Shown: positions 37,661 through 51,719 of the stretch, piece by piece
Layout: each line of letters begins with the position of its first letter
Position numbering within the stretch: position 1 is the first letter of the stretch
Assembly (NCBI RefSeq): GCF_009914755.1
Contig: NC_060936.1
Length of the DNA stretch: 64,000 nt
Origin: the human T2T-CHM13v2.0 reference genome, Homo sapiens
Reading direction: 5' to 3' (one strand)
Notes under the pieces: model-generated
The model's input: only the letters and a program-made list of their open reading frames with translations
What the model was told of the DNA's origin: nothing
The model's database searches: none
Position numbers and translations under genes: made by a program

Positions 37661-40600
37661 ATCTTTGATTAAAAGCTTGTGGCCATTTTTCGCCTTCTAG
37701 GATGGTAAGGGGGAAGGGGCAGGGGGTGGAGGGGAGCTGCTGGAGAGGTCTGGATAAAAACGTGACTTAGAGGGATAAATGAGCCTGCAAGGGTTGGATG
37801 TCCATGCCTTCTCTGACATGGAAACCTCATGCTGAAAAATGCAAACATTAGCACCTTATGGCACAGCTGTTCCCAAGCCCTTGGGGACATTTTGTCTCCT
37901 TCTGCTCTTCTTTGCTAGGCTCTCCTTTGAAACTTATGTAGAAATCAATTATCCAAACTGGGGACTGGAATTCCAAGATACCCACTGGTGGTCGTAGCTC
38001 CCTTTTGCCTAAATCGGCTGCCATTCACGACTTAGCGAAGTTGCAAAAATTTCAGATGGCACAAGAAAAGGAGAATGCTGCAGAAATCTCTTTCTAGAGT
38101 TGATTGATTGACTGAAAAGAGGAATCATCTCCATCATAACATGTCTTTTAATTAAACTATTAATTTTAATATTATTAAATATTAATATGTGTATTAATTT
38201 TCTCAATGCCAATCTGACTACCCTAAGCAGACTCTAAGCTCCAAGTAGTCAGAAAATTTTCATCTTCTAAATTACCCAGCAAAGAGGGCAGCTGATAACA
38301 GATATTTTTAATATGTTGAATGTTTACATGAGATCAAATAAAATTTGACTTAGCTTATGATTTCATGAGACATTTTGAAAATTTTGATAAAGGGGTGTGG
38401 TGAAACATAAGAATTACTATGTATCTTTCTTTACAGTCTCATTACAATTAGGCCTAAACATTTTAGATGTTTATAAACAATGTTAAAACAAGGACATTTA
38501 TCTGATAAGATCTGGTATCCATAAGAATGTTACATTTATGTCTGTCTTAAGATAAAAAGTTTGAGAAAAATTTTTTTGACAGCAAGAAAAATTACTTGAA
38601 TTCTAGAGATCTAGAAAGATTTTGAATTCAAGTGAATGATGCTCTTTAAAATACCATTCTAACATCCTTAGAAATATATTTCCACTAAATGATTATAGGG
38701 ATGGACAATCAGCCGTGTTTCCTGGAATGCTTAGCCGGGCTGGGATGATCATGGCTCAAGATTTGGCTTTCCAGAGCACAGCAAAACAAAACAACACAAA
38801 ACAAAACAAACAAACAAACATTCTCTTTAAGGAAGCTGTTCAGGAAGGCTTCATAAGTACTTTTCCAGGGCTGATAGCATAAAACCCAACCCCTAGACAT
38901 AGCATGAGGCCTTTCCCATATTTCTCCAGATTAATTCTTTCATTGATTAACTCCTTCCTTCTTCCTCCTGGCCCAAAGAACATATCCCAAAGCCACAAAA
39001 ATAGCCATCTTTTCAGAACACCTTGGGCCACAGGTAGATGGGATTATTGCTCCTAAATTTTTATTCTTCTCTACATTAGAATCTATACCCTGTGTGAAGT
39101 GAGTTTGCAATTCCTCCCACGGAAGCTTGGCTGGGCCTTGTATTTTGGTCAATGAAATGTGAGCAGAAGTGACTGATTGCAAGAAAAATTCTTAAGGGTT
39201 ACTGAAAAGCTTCTGTCTGTTCCTCTTATGCTGTTGCCATTCTCCATGTAAAGAACATGCTGTACCCAGTAACTGCTTGCATGAAAAATGAAGAAACACC
39301 TGGAACAGACCTATACTTGAGACTAGGGTTGTCTGTTACCCAGCATTGTTGCAGCAATAGCACAGTTACACCGTTGTTTGTTTCTCTCCTCCTTTGCCAA
39401 ACCCATTTCTATCTCAGGCTGAGGCCATTCCCATTGCCCAGGGACTTTGCTCCTCCCCACCAGTCTCACTTCCCCTCCCCAAATTATTCAACAAGATAAT
39501 GTGCTCTGTTTATTAGGTTTTAGCTTAAATGTCACATTTTTGGGGTGAGAGAGGGGAAGAGAGGGCTTCTTTAACTCTCAGTATAAATAATGACTTTGCT
39601 TTGTGTTTGCTGTCTTGGTAGCTTGTTTATATTTTTCTGCAGCCCTTATGACAATTTAAAATCATATTTATGTGTGAATTGGTTTCATGTCCTTCTTTCT
39701 CTCCTAGCCATGGAAACAGAGATCATGTCTATTTTATTTCTCACCATACAGGCAGTACATATAGTGGCTAAAGTCATGGGGTTCTGGAGGCTGGGTGAAA
39801 ATTCCAGCTCTGCCCCTTACTAACTATTAACTATTGACAGCTGTGTTACTCAACCATTTAGCTTCCGTTTCTTTACTTCTACAGTGACGTCATAACAGAA
39901 AATACCTCACATGTTTTTCATTCAGAACAAGAAGAAAAGGCACATAAAGCACTTAGAATAAATTTCTATATCAACCCACTCCGTTGGCATTGTTAGTGTC
40001 TTATAACCCTGATCATTTCAATATCTGCACTTAGGACCCACTGTGTAAATATCTGTTGGATGAATGGATGCATGCTACCTCCTATGATGACAGTCTATTA
40101 TGACAGGGCCTTGTCTTTGGTCATAAGGTAAAAATGTGGTGGGTCAGTAGACGCCTGGTTACTCTGCAAGTTTCCCAGCTCCAAGAGTATTATCACTAGC
40201 ATGTCAGTATCACTCTTCTTCATATCCTAACAGAAAGCATCCTAGCATGTTGTCTGGTGGGGAAGGTGATGGTTATACATCTTGTTGCACAGTAGACAAA
40301 AGAGAAGACTACTCAAGGAAGAACACTATCTTTGGAGAAGAGTGGGATGAAACTTGGGAGGCATCTGAGTTACACTGATTTTTTTTTCTTTTTACCATAT
40401 AAACATGAAGCTTTGGAGACAGAAAGGGTGAAGTTTGATTCTTAAATGCAAGAGGTGGGCAACTCCATGGATGAGATATTTTCACATTCATGTAAGCACG
40501 GCTTTCAGATGTGAGCTCACCTGTGGATGAAGCCCCTTAGTCCTCAATCTTCCTCTGCATCAGGCTGTCTTTATCTTGTCTGCAGTGCTTCAGTCAAGGT

Positions 40601-41813
40601 GATCAATGACCTTCTCCACATGTTTATTCTGCGGCTGTGGCCGACACTGTTTCAATTAACACAACAGCCATTTTCACCACCTTCTCCTTTGTCCCCTCCC
40701 ACTAAAATACCTGCAAAGCCAGGCACTCACTTTACCAAACTTCCTTCTAACAAGAGGTGGCCATGTGACCCAGTGCTGGCTGATTAGGTCTTAGACAGTC
40801 ATTTGAGATTTCTGGGAAAACTCTTGCCTCCTTAACAAAAGGAAAAATATGATAGGAACCTTCCCTCTTCTTTCTGCCATGAAAAGGCTGTGATGGCGAA
40901 AGCTGTGCAGCCATCTTGTGAACATGATTTGCTAAGCAGGAGAATGAAAAATCAACATTGGAGGATGGCAGACATGGATTGTACAAAGGGCCCCTGTTTT
41001 TGGTTTCATTGCTAAACCAATGCATCAATCTAGAATCACCTACTCACAGTTTTCTCCACTAGGAGATACGTAGGTGCCTTGACTGTGTGAGCCATTATTT
41101 TAGCAATTTCTGTTACTTGTATATAGAAATGTCAGAATCGTTATAGCACTGAATATTTGGTTCTTCACTAAACCCCTGAGATATACATGATAGGGATATG
41201 GTACCAGTGACTCACTTTCTGAGTAGACAATGAGACATATATAAGTAAAACAGAAAGTGATAGAAGAGAACACACAGTGGCCACATCTGTCCAGCTCATT
41301 TGTTCAATTTTCTACATAATTTATCCCCAAAGTACTGAATCTGGAAACTTTAAGTTCTACTTTAACCATTTAAAATTTCCCCATATGTTAGATTTGGAAA
41401 CTGATCATTAGGGAGTTAAAGTAACTCTCTCAAGGTCACCAAATCAATAAAAGGTGGAGCTGGATTTCTAAACAAAATCTTCACCTCCTAAGTAGCTGCT
41501 TCTGAGCCCCATGCATTATTGCTGTCAATTAACCTAATTAATACTTAGTGTCTAAGTTACTTAATCTCTTAATTTTATTTCTTATTTTCTATATCAGGAA
41601 CAAGCCAGAATACAACATTTATTGTTTCATTTATTTTTTCATTCATATTGCCATTCTTTTATCCAATCTTCTTTGAGAGTTTACCAGATAGTTACTACTT
41701 TTTCTTGATCTTACTGGTGAGAACATTGAGGCTCAAAAGGATTAAATGATTGCCCCAGGGTCACACAGTCTATAAGTAGCAAAGCGGGAATTTGAATGCT
41801 GACCGTTCACCTG

Positions 41814-42771
41814 TGAAACTGTCCCTGTAAACTTTAGAAAATGAACCAGGGAAGAAGGAAGCCGGGGAAAAGGAACTGAACCCAGCTTGCAGCACGCTTA
41901 GCATTCACCATGAGGGAAGCCTGCTCTCTGAACTGCTTCCTGCTCTCTGAACTGCTTCCTCATAGCTGTTTGGTGCTGATTGCCTCATAATCACATAGAA
42001 CCTGTTCCAAGATTAGAGTTCCATGTAACTGCTCTGTAATTAACAACTTGAACATTGGAAAATATTGTCCACTTGGGATACTGTGCTAGTCCATTTTCAT
42101 GCTGCTGATAAAGACATACCCGAGACTGAGTAATTTATACAGGAAAAAGGGTTTAATGGACTTACATTTCAATGTGGCTGGGGAGGCCTCACAATCATGG
42201 CAGAAGGCAAGGAGGAGCAAGTCATATCTTCCATGGATGGCAGCAGGCAAAGAGAGAGCTTGTGCAGGAAAACTCCCCTTTTTAAAACTGTCAGATCTCA
42301 TGAGACTTATTTGCTATCATGAGAAGAGTATGGAAAAGTCCTGCCCCCATTATTCAATGACCTCCTACCAGGTCCCTTCCAAAATACATGGGAATTCAAG
42401 ATAAGATATGGGTGAGGACACAGCCAAATCATATCAGATACCCTTTCAATCTGGTATACCAGTGAAACTACTAACTCAGCTGGTCTGAAGGACCCTGCAA
42501 GAAACTGTCTTACCAAAGAATGCAGTTTCCATGTCCTGATGGTTTATCCCTCCTATCCTAACCAATCAATGACCCCAATCTTCCAGCCCCTCAACCTCCA
42601 TGAACAGCTCCAGCCCAGAAACCCTTGCAGAGATGGAAAAAACAGTCTCCTTCCATCTCCTCACTTGGTGCCCTGCAATTATTAAACTCTTTCTCTGCTG
42701 CAAACCCTGCTGTCTCAGTGTATTGATAAGTTACTATGCAGCAGGTATACACATCTGTTGGTCCTTTAACA
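41814..42771 (+). mobile_element. MER72-like ERV1 LTR interrupted by THE1
   Basis: TGAAACTGTCCCTGTAAACTT...GCTTGCAGCAC...ATTAAACTCTTTCTCTGCTGCAAACCCTGCTGTCTCAGTG...AACA. Confidence 0.75.
42082..42436 (-). mobile_element. THE1 solo LTR
   Basis: TAGTCCATTTTCATGCTGCTGATAAAGACATACC...CAGCCAAATCATATCA; exact 5-bp TSD GATAC. Confidence 0.95.
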
Positions 42772-43523
42772 TGTATTCCATTATTTGTTCTTTCACTCAT
42801 GTTTTTGTTCTTTCATCCAACATTCCTTGAGAGTTTACCAGACGGTACTATTTTTCTCAATTTACTGGTGAGAAAATTGAGGCTCAGAGAGGTCAAATAA
42901 TTGTCTTAGGGTTACACAGCCCATGAGCAGCAGAGCAGAAATTCAAACTCTCAACTGTTTGCCTGGATAGTCACAGCCTCTCTGTTTTACTGCCTTGCCT
43001 CACCTGCAGGTGCAGTGGGCATGGCAGCCTGCTGTGTTCCTCTCCAGGTCCCAGGGAACAGCTCTTCAATGGGGTTATGCTGGGTACCTGTTTATTCAAA
43101 GACAAAATGTTTCATGAGGGTGTTGGGCTTACCCGGGGTTACACAGGAAGTCACTATCTAAATCACGTACATCCTGTGTTAGTCCCAGTGCCCATCAGTC
43201 CTTTTCTGATCACCACTCAAACTGGCTTGAGTGAGAAAGGAATTTATTAATTTGTTGATAAGTCCAGGAATACACGAGTTCCAGGTGTAGCTGGAACCAG
43301 TAGCTGAAGCATTTTTCTCAAGACCTGCTTTCTCTGTCTCCCTGCTCTGATTTCACTTGTGCTGGCTTTTCTTTCAGGCAGACTCTCTTCAATTGGTAAC
43401 CCCTGACAGACACATGCTCTTGTCCTCGCAGAAGGCAGAAGATGTCCCTTCTCTACTCTTGCCAGCAGTTTCAGTGAAAGTCCTGGACCCGACTTCCTGC
43501 CCAGATAGAGTCTTGCATCCATC

Positions 43524-43921
43524 TGATATGGTTTGAATAACTCTCCCCTCTAAGTCTCATGTTGAAATGTGACTCTTGCCTTGTGGAAGGTGTTTGGGTC
43601 ATGGGAGCAGATGTCTCATGAATAGGTCTGTGTCTTCCCCATGGTAATGAGTGCTAATGAGTTCACATGAGAGCTGGTTATTTAAAAGAGTGTGGCACCT
43701 CCCCTCTCTGTCTCTTGCTCCTGCTCTTACCATCTGATATGCCAGCACCCTCTTTGTCTTACATCATGATTCTAAGCTTCCTGAAACCCCACCAGGAGCA
43801 GATACTAGCACCAGGCTTCTCATAGAGCCTGCAGAAATGTGAGCCAAACTAAACCTCTCTTCTTTATAAATAACCTAGTCTCAAGTATTTCTTAATAGCA
43901 ATTCAAGAACCGACTAACACA
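43524..43921 (+). mobile_element. MST (MaLR) solo LTR nested in an older MLT1 remnant
   Basis: TGATATGGTTTG...CTCATGTTGAAATGTG...GACTAACACA; exact TSD CCATC. Confidence 0.92.
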
Positions 43922-44389
43922 CCATCCCTGAATCAGTCACCGTGGACAGAAAATGGAATGTTCTGATTGTTCAGGCCCAGATTATGTGCCCTTCCTGAGC
44001 ATGTGGTGGAATCTGGAAGGACTGTGAGTGCAGCTATGATAGGAGTAGAAAAAAAAGGACTCCAGGTCAGCAAAACAGCAAACATCCCCTGTGTCAATGC
44101 AGGTGCACCACACAGCATTCATAAATGAGCATTCTTCAGGAAGAGAGCCATAGTGAGGGCCCTGGAACCATGCTGGACACACAGTAAATGTCAGAAACTG
44201 TCTGCTAAATGCAGTGCATCTAAACAAAAAAGGGCTCTGTTAGTACTGTATCTGGAAAAGCTTTATTCAAAAAGAAGACAATGCCTTGGAAAGCAAACTT
44301 CCTAATCATGCTGGACATTTCAAGGATGTATTTGCACTTTAAAAATGTGGTTGAGAAGATATGCTTGCAAACTTGAAACTTGCTTTCAT

Positions 44390-44807
44390 AGTCTAGTTAA
44401 AGAGAAAAGTTGTTCACTAGACACTTGTTGATAAAGGGAAGTCGTATTTTATTCAAAGGTATTGCAATAAGGGAGAGAGACTGAACTCAACTCTGAATAC
44501 AACAAGGACAAGGGAGGATGTTTAGCAAACTAGCTGAATAAGGAGATCAATGGATGGAAAAATAGGCATCAAGTGGAAAGGGGCGTTTGATAAACTGACC
44601 TAGAAAGATTCTTGTTAAGGGCAGACCAAAGATTTGGATGTCAAGGGCAGAAAAAGAAATATTTTATGATAAATAAAATTGATGGGTGGTTCTCAATATG
44701 CTGATTTAGCAGGCTGAAGACATGAAGGTCTTCAGGGTCAAAGCTTAGTCAAGGACAAAGATCAAAGAAATCAAACTAAAGTGTGGTCAAGAAAGCAGTC
44801 TTCGTCA
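44390..44807 (-). mobile_element. MER31-like LTR
   Basis: TATTGCAATAAGGGAGAGAGACTGAACTCAACTCTGAATAC...CTAAAGTGTGGTCAAG...TCGTCA. Confidence 0.65.
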
Positions 44808-44904
44808 GTAAACAACAGAATCCTGGCCTTAGCAGAAAGTCTGTTTTTCCTGGTTCCTCCACCCTCATGATTTTGAGTTTTTAAGGGTTAGTGTATTTTC
44901 TTTT

Positions 44905-45050
44905 CTTATTCTTTTGTATTTTTCTTTTGTAGAGATGGGGGTCTTTCCATGTTGCCCAAGCTCATCTTAAACTCCTAGGCTCAAGCGATCAACCTGCCTC
45001 AGCCTCCCAAAGTGCTAGGATTACAGGCATGAGCCACTGTACCCAGCCAG
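44905..45050 (-). mobile_element. Alu monomer (FLAM-like / left arm)
   Basis: GTAGAGATGGGG...GGCTCAAGCGATC...GAGCCACTGTACCCAGCC, single arm. Confidence 0.88.
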
Positions 45051-45859
45051 GGCAAGTATATTTTCAACTAGTGCAGGGACAGCAGTTCCCTTGTGGTGTA
45101 GAAAAGCTTCCTGGCCATAAAGCTGGGCAAACAATTAGAAAAACATTTAAGTGATGATTTAATATAAATAAGAATATTACAAGTTGAGGGCTTGATATTC
45201 CCCTATTAAGCATTATTAGTCAGAAATTGCACTGGATATGTGTGCAATCTATTTTACTGAGGAAAAATATATGTAGACTATAGACTTGCTAGTGTAATTA
45301 ACAGCATCCTTCTAGTGAATTTTAAAGCATCCAATTTACTCAGATTGTAGTTTTCATCTCCCTACACTTGCTAATCAGTCTGTCAAGCATAATAGCCATT
45401 TTGGGATGGAAGTATTTAATCCTGTGTGAATGGGCTTATCAGTATGCCTTAGGAAGACAATATATGACTTCCTGGCAAAGAAATGGCTGCAATTAGGCAG
45501 TGATTATGAAGTGTACTTGTCATTATGGTTTTAAAAATCATACCAGGCTAACCTTGTGGTAGAGGAACTCACAAGGTACAACTGAAGGTTCAAAATATGA
45601 TTACATTTGGTGACTGGGAGCATTCTTGACTCTTGACTCAAGGGTGTGGTTCTGAAATCTCTGAGTCCATCCCTGATGCAAAAAGATCAGCTTTAGCATC
45701 TGGCTCAATGGATACTGGGGAAATGTGTAGCTAACACAGGACCCAAAGTCTTGGGGAGGGTCATGCCACCATTAGCTTTACAACCCACTTGTGAGTGTGC
45801 CGATGTTGGAAACTTGAATCTCCTCATTACTTGGGGACCTAACTTCTTGTATCCCACAT

Positions 45860-47369
45860 CACTGTAACAGTGAGAGAAATCTAACACAGCTGAATCAATC
45901 TTGTTTCTAACCTCACTAGCTAACTGCCTTTGATCATTACTATATGTAAAACAAGCTAATGATGGGAGGAAATTAGTTTATAGTTTAAAGCAAGGATGAT
46001 AATAGCCACTTTCAAAAACTCATCCCTGAGGAGATAAAGAGGGCCATACACATAAATAACCATGGTATGTTAAATGTTTATAGGAGCATTGTGACCTGAC
46101 CAAGGACAAAGAAGCTTCACAACCCCCTTAGGCTCCTGCCAATGCCTTGATGTCTGCGGTCACCTGTTACCCTCTGATCTCAGGCCCCTCCTTGATTCCC
46201 CTTCACCCAAATAAAAAGAAGCTTGGAAGTCATGCCTTTTAAGATGGTCCTTCAGGACATTAGTATGCCAGCTTCTCAGTTTGCTGGCTTTCTGAAATAA
46301 ACTAGCTTTTCTAGCCCCAGTGATAGAGGCAGGAGGCAGAGAAATCCTAGGCAGACAAGGGCGGGTCCCTGGTAAAACCCCACCTTCAAGCAAAAGACAG
46401 TTTAAAGCCTGAAGGCCAAGCTACAAATCAAATCCACTCACCGGGTTGAGAACCTGTCTTCCTGTTTGACACACTTTCCTTTAGTTCCCACCCTTCACCT
46501 ATTTTACATATACCTACCCTTCCCTAATTGCTTTTACACTGTGCCCACCTTTGAGTGCTACCTTTGTTTTAATCTTTTTTGCATATTCACAAATCAATCA
46601 GCATGCACTTCCTTATCCTGTGCCTATTAAAGCCCCAGACTCAGCCACACTGAGAGAGACCACCTGACTTCAGGAAAGAGATGACCCCACCTTCCCATCC
46701 TCTCTCTGCTGAGAGCTGTTTTGTTGCCCAATAAAATTCTCTGCTCTCATCACCCTTCAGTTGTCAGCATGACCTCATTCTTCTTGGACACAGGACAAGA
46801 GCCTGGGAGCCATCAAAGGCAGGTACCCAGGAAGGATGTAACACTGGCCCTCTTCCCTTGCTGGCACTGGTGGAGAGCAGTCACCCCACATGATAGAAGC
46901 AGCGGCAGGGCCAAGCCAGCCCCAGAGCCACACCAGTCCCAGAGTCATGGGCCGGAGTGGGGCAAGAGGCTGGCTGAGCTGCTAACACACTACTGCCCAT
47001 TGGGCTGTGGATGGTGGAACTAAAAGAGTTAATTAGCACACTGTAACACCCCGTCTGGGGCTTCAGGGTCATTGGCACCCCTGCTTGGGCCCTGCAGCAT
47101 TCCCCTTGGGGTGACATGCCTGGTCTGGCCGCAGGCCCCGCACAGAGTTTGCTCCTGTGTCAGCCCTCAAAGGGGCTGATCAGGCCCTGCACTCACTCAC
47201 ACACGTGCTCCCTCCTGCCAGGGGCTGAGCGTGGCTGGCGGAGTAGACAGGGCGCCCCTTGCTGTGAGTCCAGCAAAGGGGCCAAGAACAATTCTGCATC
47301 ACCAACACCTTGTCTCTCAACTTATTGACTATTGTACAGCAAGCAGTGTGAGCTTTGGATTCAACAACA
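45860..47369 (+). mobile_element. LTR8/MER4-group LTR split by a second LTR
   Basis: ACAGTGAGAGAAATCTAAC...TTAGTTTATAGTTTAAAG...AATAAACT (to 46320), resuming at 47302 with CCAACACCTTGTCTCTC...AACA. Confidence 0.65.
46321..47301 (+). mobile_element. MER52/LTR27/28-group ERV1 solo LTR (~980 bp)
   Basis: TGATAGAGGCAGGAGGCAGAGAAATCCTAGGCAGAC...AATAAAATTCT...CTGCATCA; near-TSD CCAG/CCAA. Confidence 0.8.
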
Positions 47370-47504
47370 TGAGTAAAGGCAAATGTATTCAGAGTAGGAT
47401 TAAGTCACTTCGCTTCTTGTGTTCAGACTTGAGATTTTTCTCTCCCTAATTATATATTTATTTTTTCTTTTTGTTTTTTTTCTTTCTGTGAGATGGAGTT
47501 TTGC

Positions 47505-47839
<335 letters not shown>

Positions 47840-48451
47840 TCTCTCCCTAATTATCAAGGAGCCATAACTAATAATAATTTTGCATAGAAGCAGAATGTCT
47901 GGAGCTCCTGATCTCCCTGTAAATATAAAATCTAAGTTACTTTGCCCTGAATTTGGGAAATATCTGTCAGAATTATACTGTGACTCAGAATCACATGGCA
48001 GATACAATGGACATGATTTTTTGAGTTAGAGTTTAATGGTCTAGGGGAAAATGTCAAAGTCAAAATATTACAGACTATTTTAGGGCTACTTCAATCTGAA
48101 AAACAATCTTCAAAATCTGAATATTCTTTTTTAACCTGAATCTGAAAATCAGAGTTTAGCCTAAGCTGGAGAATTATAGAGACCTGAAATGTCATTCTGT
48201 TCCCAAGAGGAAACCGCAATAATTTTGAGACTCTAGAGTGAGGAAGAAAATTGTTTTCATCCACTTTTGATTGGTCGTGGTTTCATGTTGAGAACAGTTT
48301 TAACAAACAGGAAATCTGTCAGATTGCTTAGTGATATCGGTCATACACGAGATGCATGTGTCCTGTGTTAATTCTCACCACTTCAGGGCAGTGAGAAAAT
48401 GCAAATGGTGGAATCCCACCCAAGTCAGTCTCTGCTGATTCTCTATTCTTT

Positions 48452-48837
<386 letters not shown>

Positions 48838-49698
48838 TAATGAAAAGTACATGGACTTTGGTGTTATAGCTAGTGGTTAATCCTGGTTCTGCTACTTAAC
48901 GAAGTGTGAGAACTTGGGCGAGTTACTGAACATTTCAGAGCCCAGTTTATCATAGGAACTTGGGCAATACTGATGTCTCTTTTAGAAAGTTGCAGCTGTG
49001 TTGAAGTGAATAACACTGTCAAGGGACAGGGTTGGCATCAAGTAAATTACTCAAAACAGTACTACTTTAAAAACACAATCTTGACAGGGGAAATAGCTCC
49101 TAGTCTTATATTTAAATAAGTGATAGGGATTAATTTTGTTTAATTTATGCAAGTAGCTCATGAAGTATAATTTTCTAAATCATAAAATTATGACTCTAAA
49201 AATACATAAAATTAAACCTGTATAAATTTTCTTTTAATTACTACTTAGAGAACCAGTAACATGGTAGGACTGGTTTAAAGAACATTTTTAAAGCCTAATA
49301 TATAAAAGCAACATTAATATATGATGTATGAGTTATATACAAAAACTGGCTAATATTCAATATGACATATTTTGGGGGGTGTTCTCTGTTCCATCAAATA
49401 GAAGTAATTTGTATCTCTACCAGGACAAAAACAACCTTACTAAGTCTGGGATGCTTATTCAATAGTATCAATGATGAGTTCACTTCCTAGCTGATTTTGC
49501 ACATGGCATTTGGCAGGAGGGTTCAGTTCTTCACTGGCTTTTGATAGGAGTATGCATTTGTTGTTGTTGTTGTTGTTGTTTGTTTTGTTTTGGCTACATG
49601 GGTTTGAGTGTCTTGCTGAAATACGGCCAGATTTTCCTAGAGTAAGTGATGAGAGAGAACAATGCCTTTTATTTTCATGACTTAGCCCAAAAGCCATA

Positions 49699-50057
49699 TG
49701 TAGTAGTTTGTTTTCATACTGCTAATAAAGACATACCTGAGACCAGCTAATTTACAAAAGAGAGAAGTTTAATTGGACTTACATTTCCACATGGCTGGGG
49801 AAGCCTCACAATCATGGCAGAAGGCAAGGAGGAGCAAGTCACGTCTTACGTGCATGGCAGCAGGCAAAGAGAAAGAGAGCTTGTTCAGGGAAACTCCTCT
49901 TTATAAAACGGTCAGATCTCATGACACTTACTCACTATCAGGAGAACAGCATGGGAAAAATTTCCCCCCATGATTCAATTATCTCCCACTGCATCTCTCC
50001 CACAACACATGGGAATTCAAGATGAGATTTGGGTGGGAACACAGCCAAACCATATCA
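49699..50057 (-). mobile_element. THE1 solo LTR
   Basis: CTGCTAATAAAGACATACC...CAGCCAAACCATATCA; exact TSD CCATA. Confidence 0.95.
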
Positions 50058-50429
50058 CCATATATTATTACTTCTGTTTGTAAATTACTTCTGTGAGTAA
50101 CTCATTTGGACTCTCACTCACTGAGAGGGGAAGTAGACTTAACATGATAAGGGAGGGTTTGTTAAAGAAAAATTTGTGGACATATTTTAAAGGCACCTAC
50201 CTAACAAACAACCTCAGAACCTCAGTGGTTTGAAACAATAAGGTTTATTTCTCACTCATGCTATAGGTTCTTCAGTGATCAGTAGAGAGGTTCTGTTCAT
50301 TATGATCAGATGCACAGGACAAATGAAAACCACTGTATTGAATACTATAGATCACTCTGGAAGAAGGAAAACAAGCTTTGGAGAGTCTTCAGCCAGCAGT
50401 TAAAGACCCCCATCTAAATACTACATTAT

Positions 50430-51660
50430 TAGAATAAATAACAAAAATCACATAACCATCTCAGTATACCCAGAAAAAGCATTTAACAAAATCCAACACC
50501 TTTTCATATACATTTTAAAAAAACCACTCAATAAATTGGAAATAGAAGGTAAAGGACATCTACAAAAAACTCCACAGCTGTCATTATAGTTAATAGTAAA
50601 AGACTGAGTGATTTTCTCTTAAGATCAGGAATAAGACATGAATGTCTACTCTTATAACTTCTATTCAAAATTTTCCTGAAATTATCCAAGATAATTAGGC
50701 CAGAAAAATAAATAAATAGCATCCAGTTTGGAAATAAAGAAGTAAGTCTATTTATATTCAAACATGATATGACCTTGTGTATGGAACATCTTAAGAAATC
50801 CACTTAAAACCTATTATAACTAATAATTAGTTGGACAAAGTTTCAAGATACAAGATCAATATACAAAAATAAATTGAAATTCTATATGCTAAAAGTGAGC
50901 AATCCAAAAATGATTTTAAGAAAATATGTAATTATATTTATAATAGCACTCAGAAATAATATGATATTTAGGAATAAATTCTTAAAAGGAAGTGCAAAAC
51001 CTATGCATGTAGCACTAGAAAACATTGTTGAAAAGAATTAAAGAAGATTTAAATAAATGGAAAAAAATTCATGTTTGTGGATTGGAAGACAATATTGTTC
51101 AGATGGCAGTACTCCTCAAATTAATCTATAGATTCAATGTGGTCCCTATCAAAATTCTGGCTGGATTTGTTGTATAAATTGAGAAGCCTATCATAAAATT
51201 CATATTGAAACACAGGGGACTTAGAACATCCAAAACAGTTGAGAAAAATAACACATTTAGAGGACTCACACTTTCCAATGTCAGACATTACCCGGGCACA
51301 ATAATTAAAGAGTGTGGTATTGGTATAAAAAAATGACACACAGACCAGTGGAATAGACTTGAGAGCCGTAAAACGTACCGTTACATTTATAGTCAATTGA
51401 TATTCAACAAAAATTCCAGACAGTTGAATGAGGAAAAAAATAGGAAAAATAGTCTTTTTCACAACTGCTGCTGACAAGTATGTTTTGGATCCCTTCCTTA
51501 CACCACACACAAAAATTAACTCCAAATGATCCACAGACCTCAATTAAAGAGTTAAAATTGTAATATTCTTAGATGAAAGTATAGGATTAAATTTTTGTTG
51601 CCTGGGTTAGGCAAAGCTGTCTTAGAGACAACACTAAAAGTACAAACAACAAAATATTTT
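50430..51660 (+). mobile_element. Decayed L1M ORF2 fragment
   Basis: CAGAAAAAGCATTTAACAAAATCCAACA (EKAFNKIQH RT motif), AAGATCAGGAATAAGACA, GGATACAAGATCAAT-like motifs; many stops. Confidence 0.88.
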
Positions 51661-51719
51661 GTTACTACCTGTCTTCCTGATGTGCGTCTAGTCTAGGCTG
51701 TTTTTCTTGTTATTGTTAC

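Noticed and set aside
38594-38633. 10-bp inverted repeat ACTTGAATTC/GAATTCAAGT with a nested TCTAGA pair
   Set aside because: Too short for a pre-miRNA and lacks MITE termini or a TSD; plausible by chance in AT-rich DNA.
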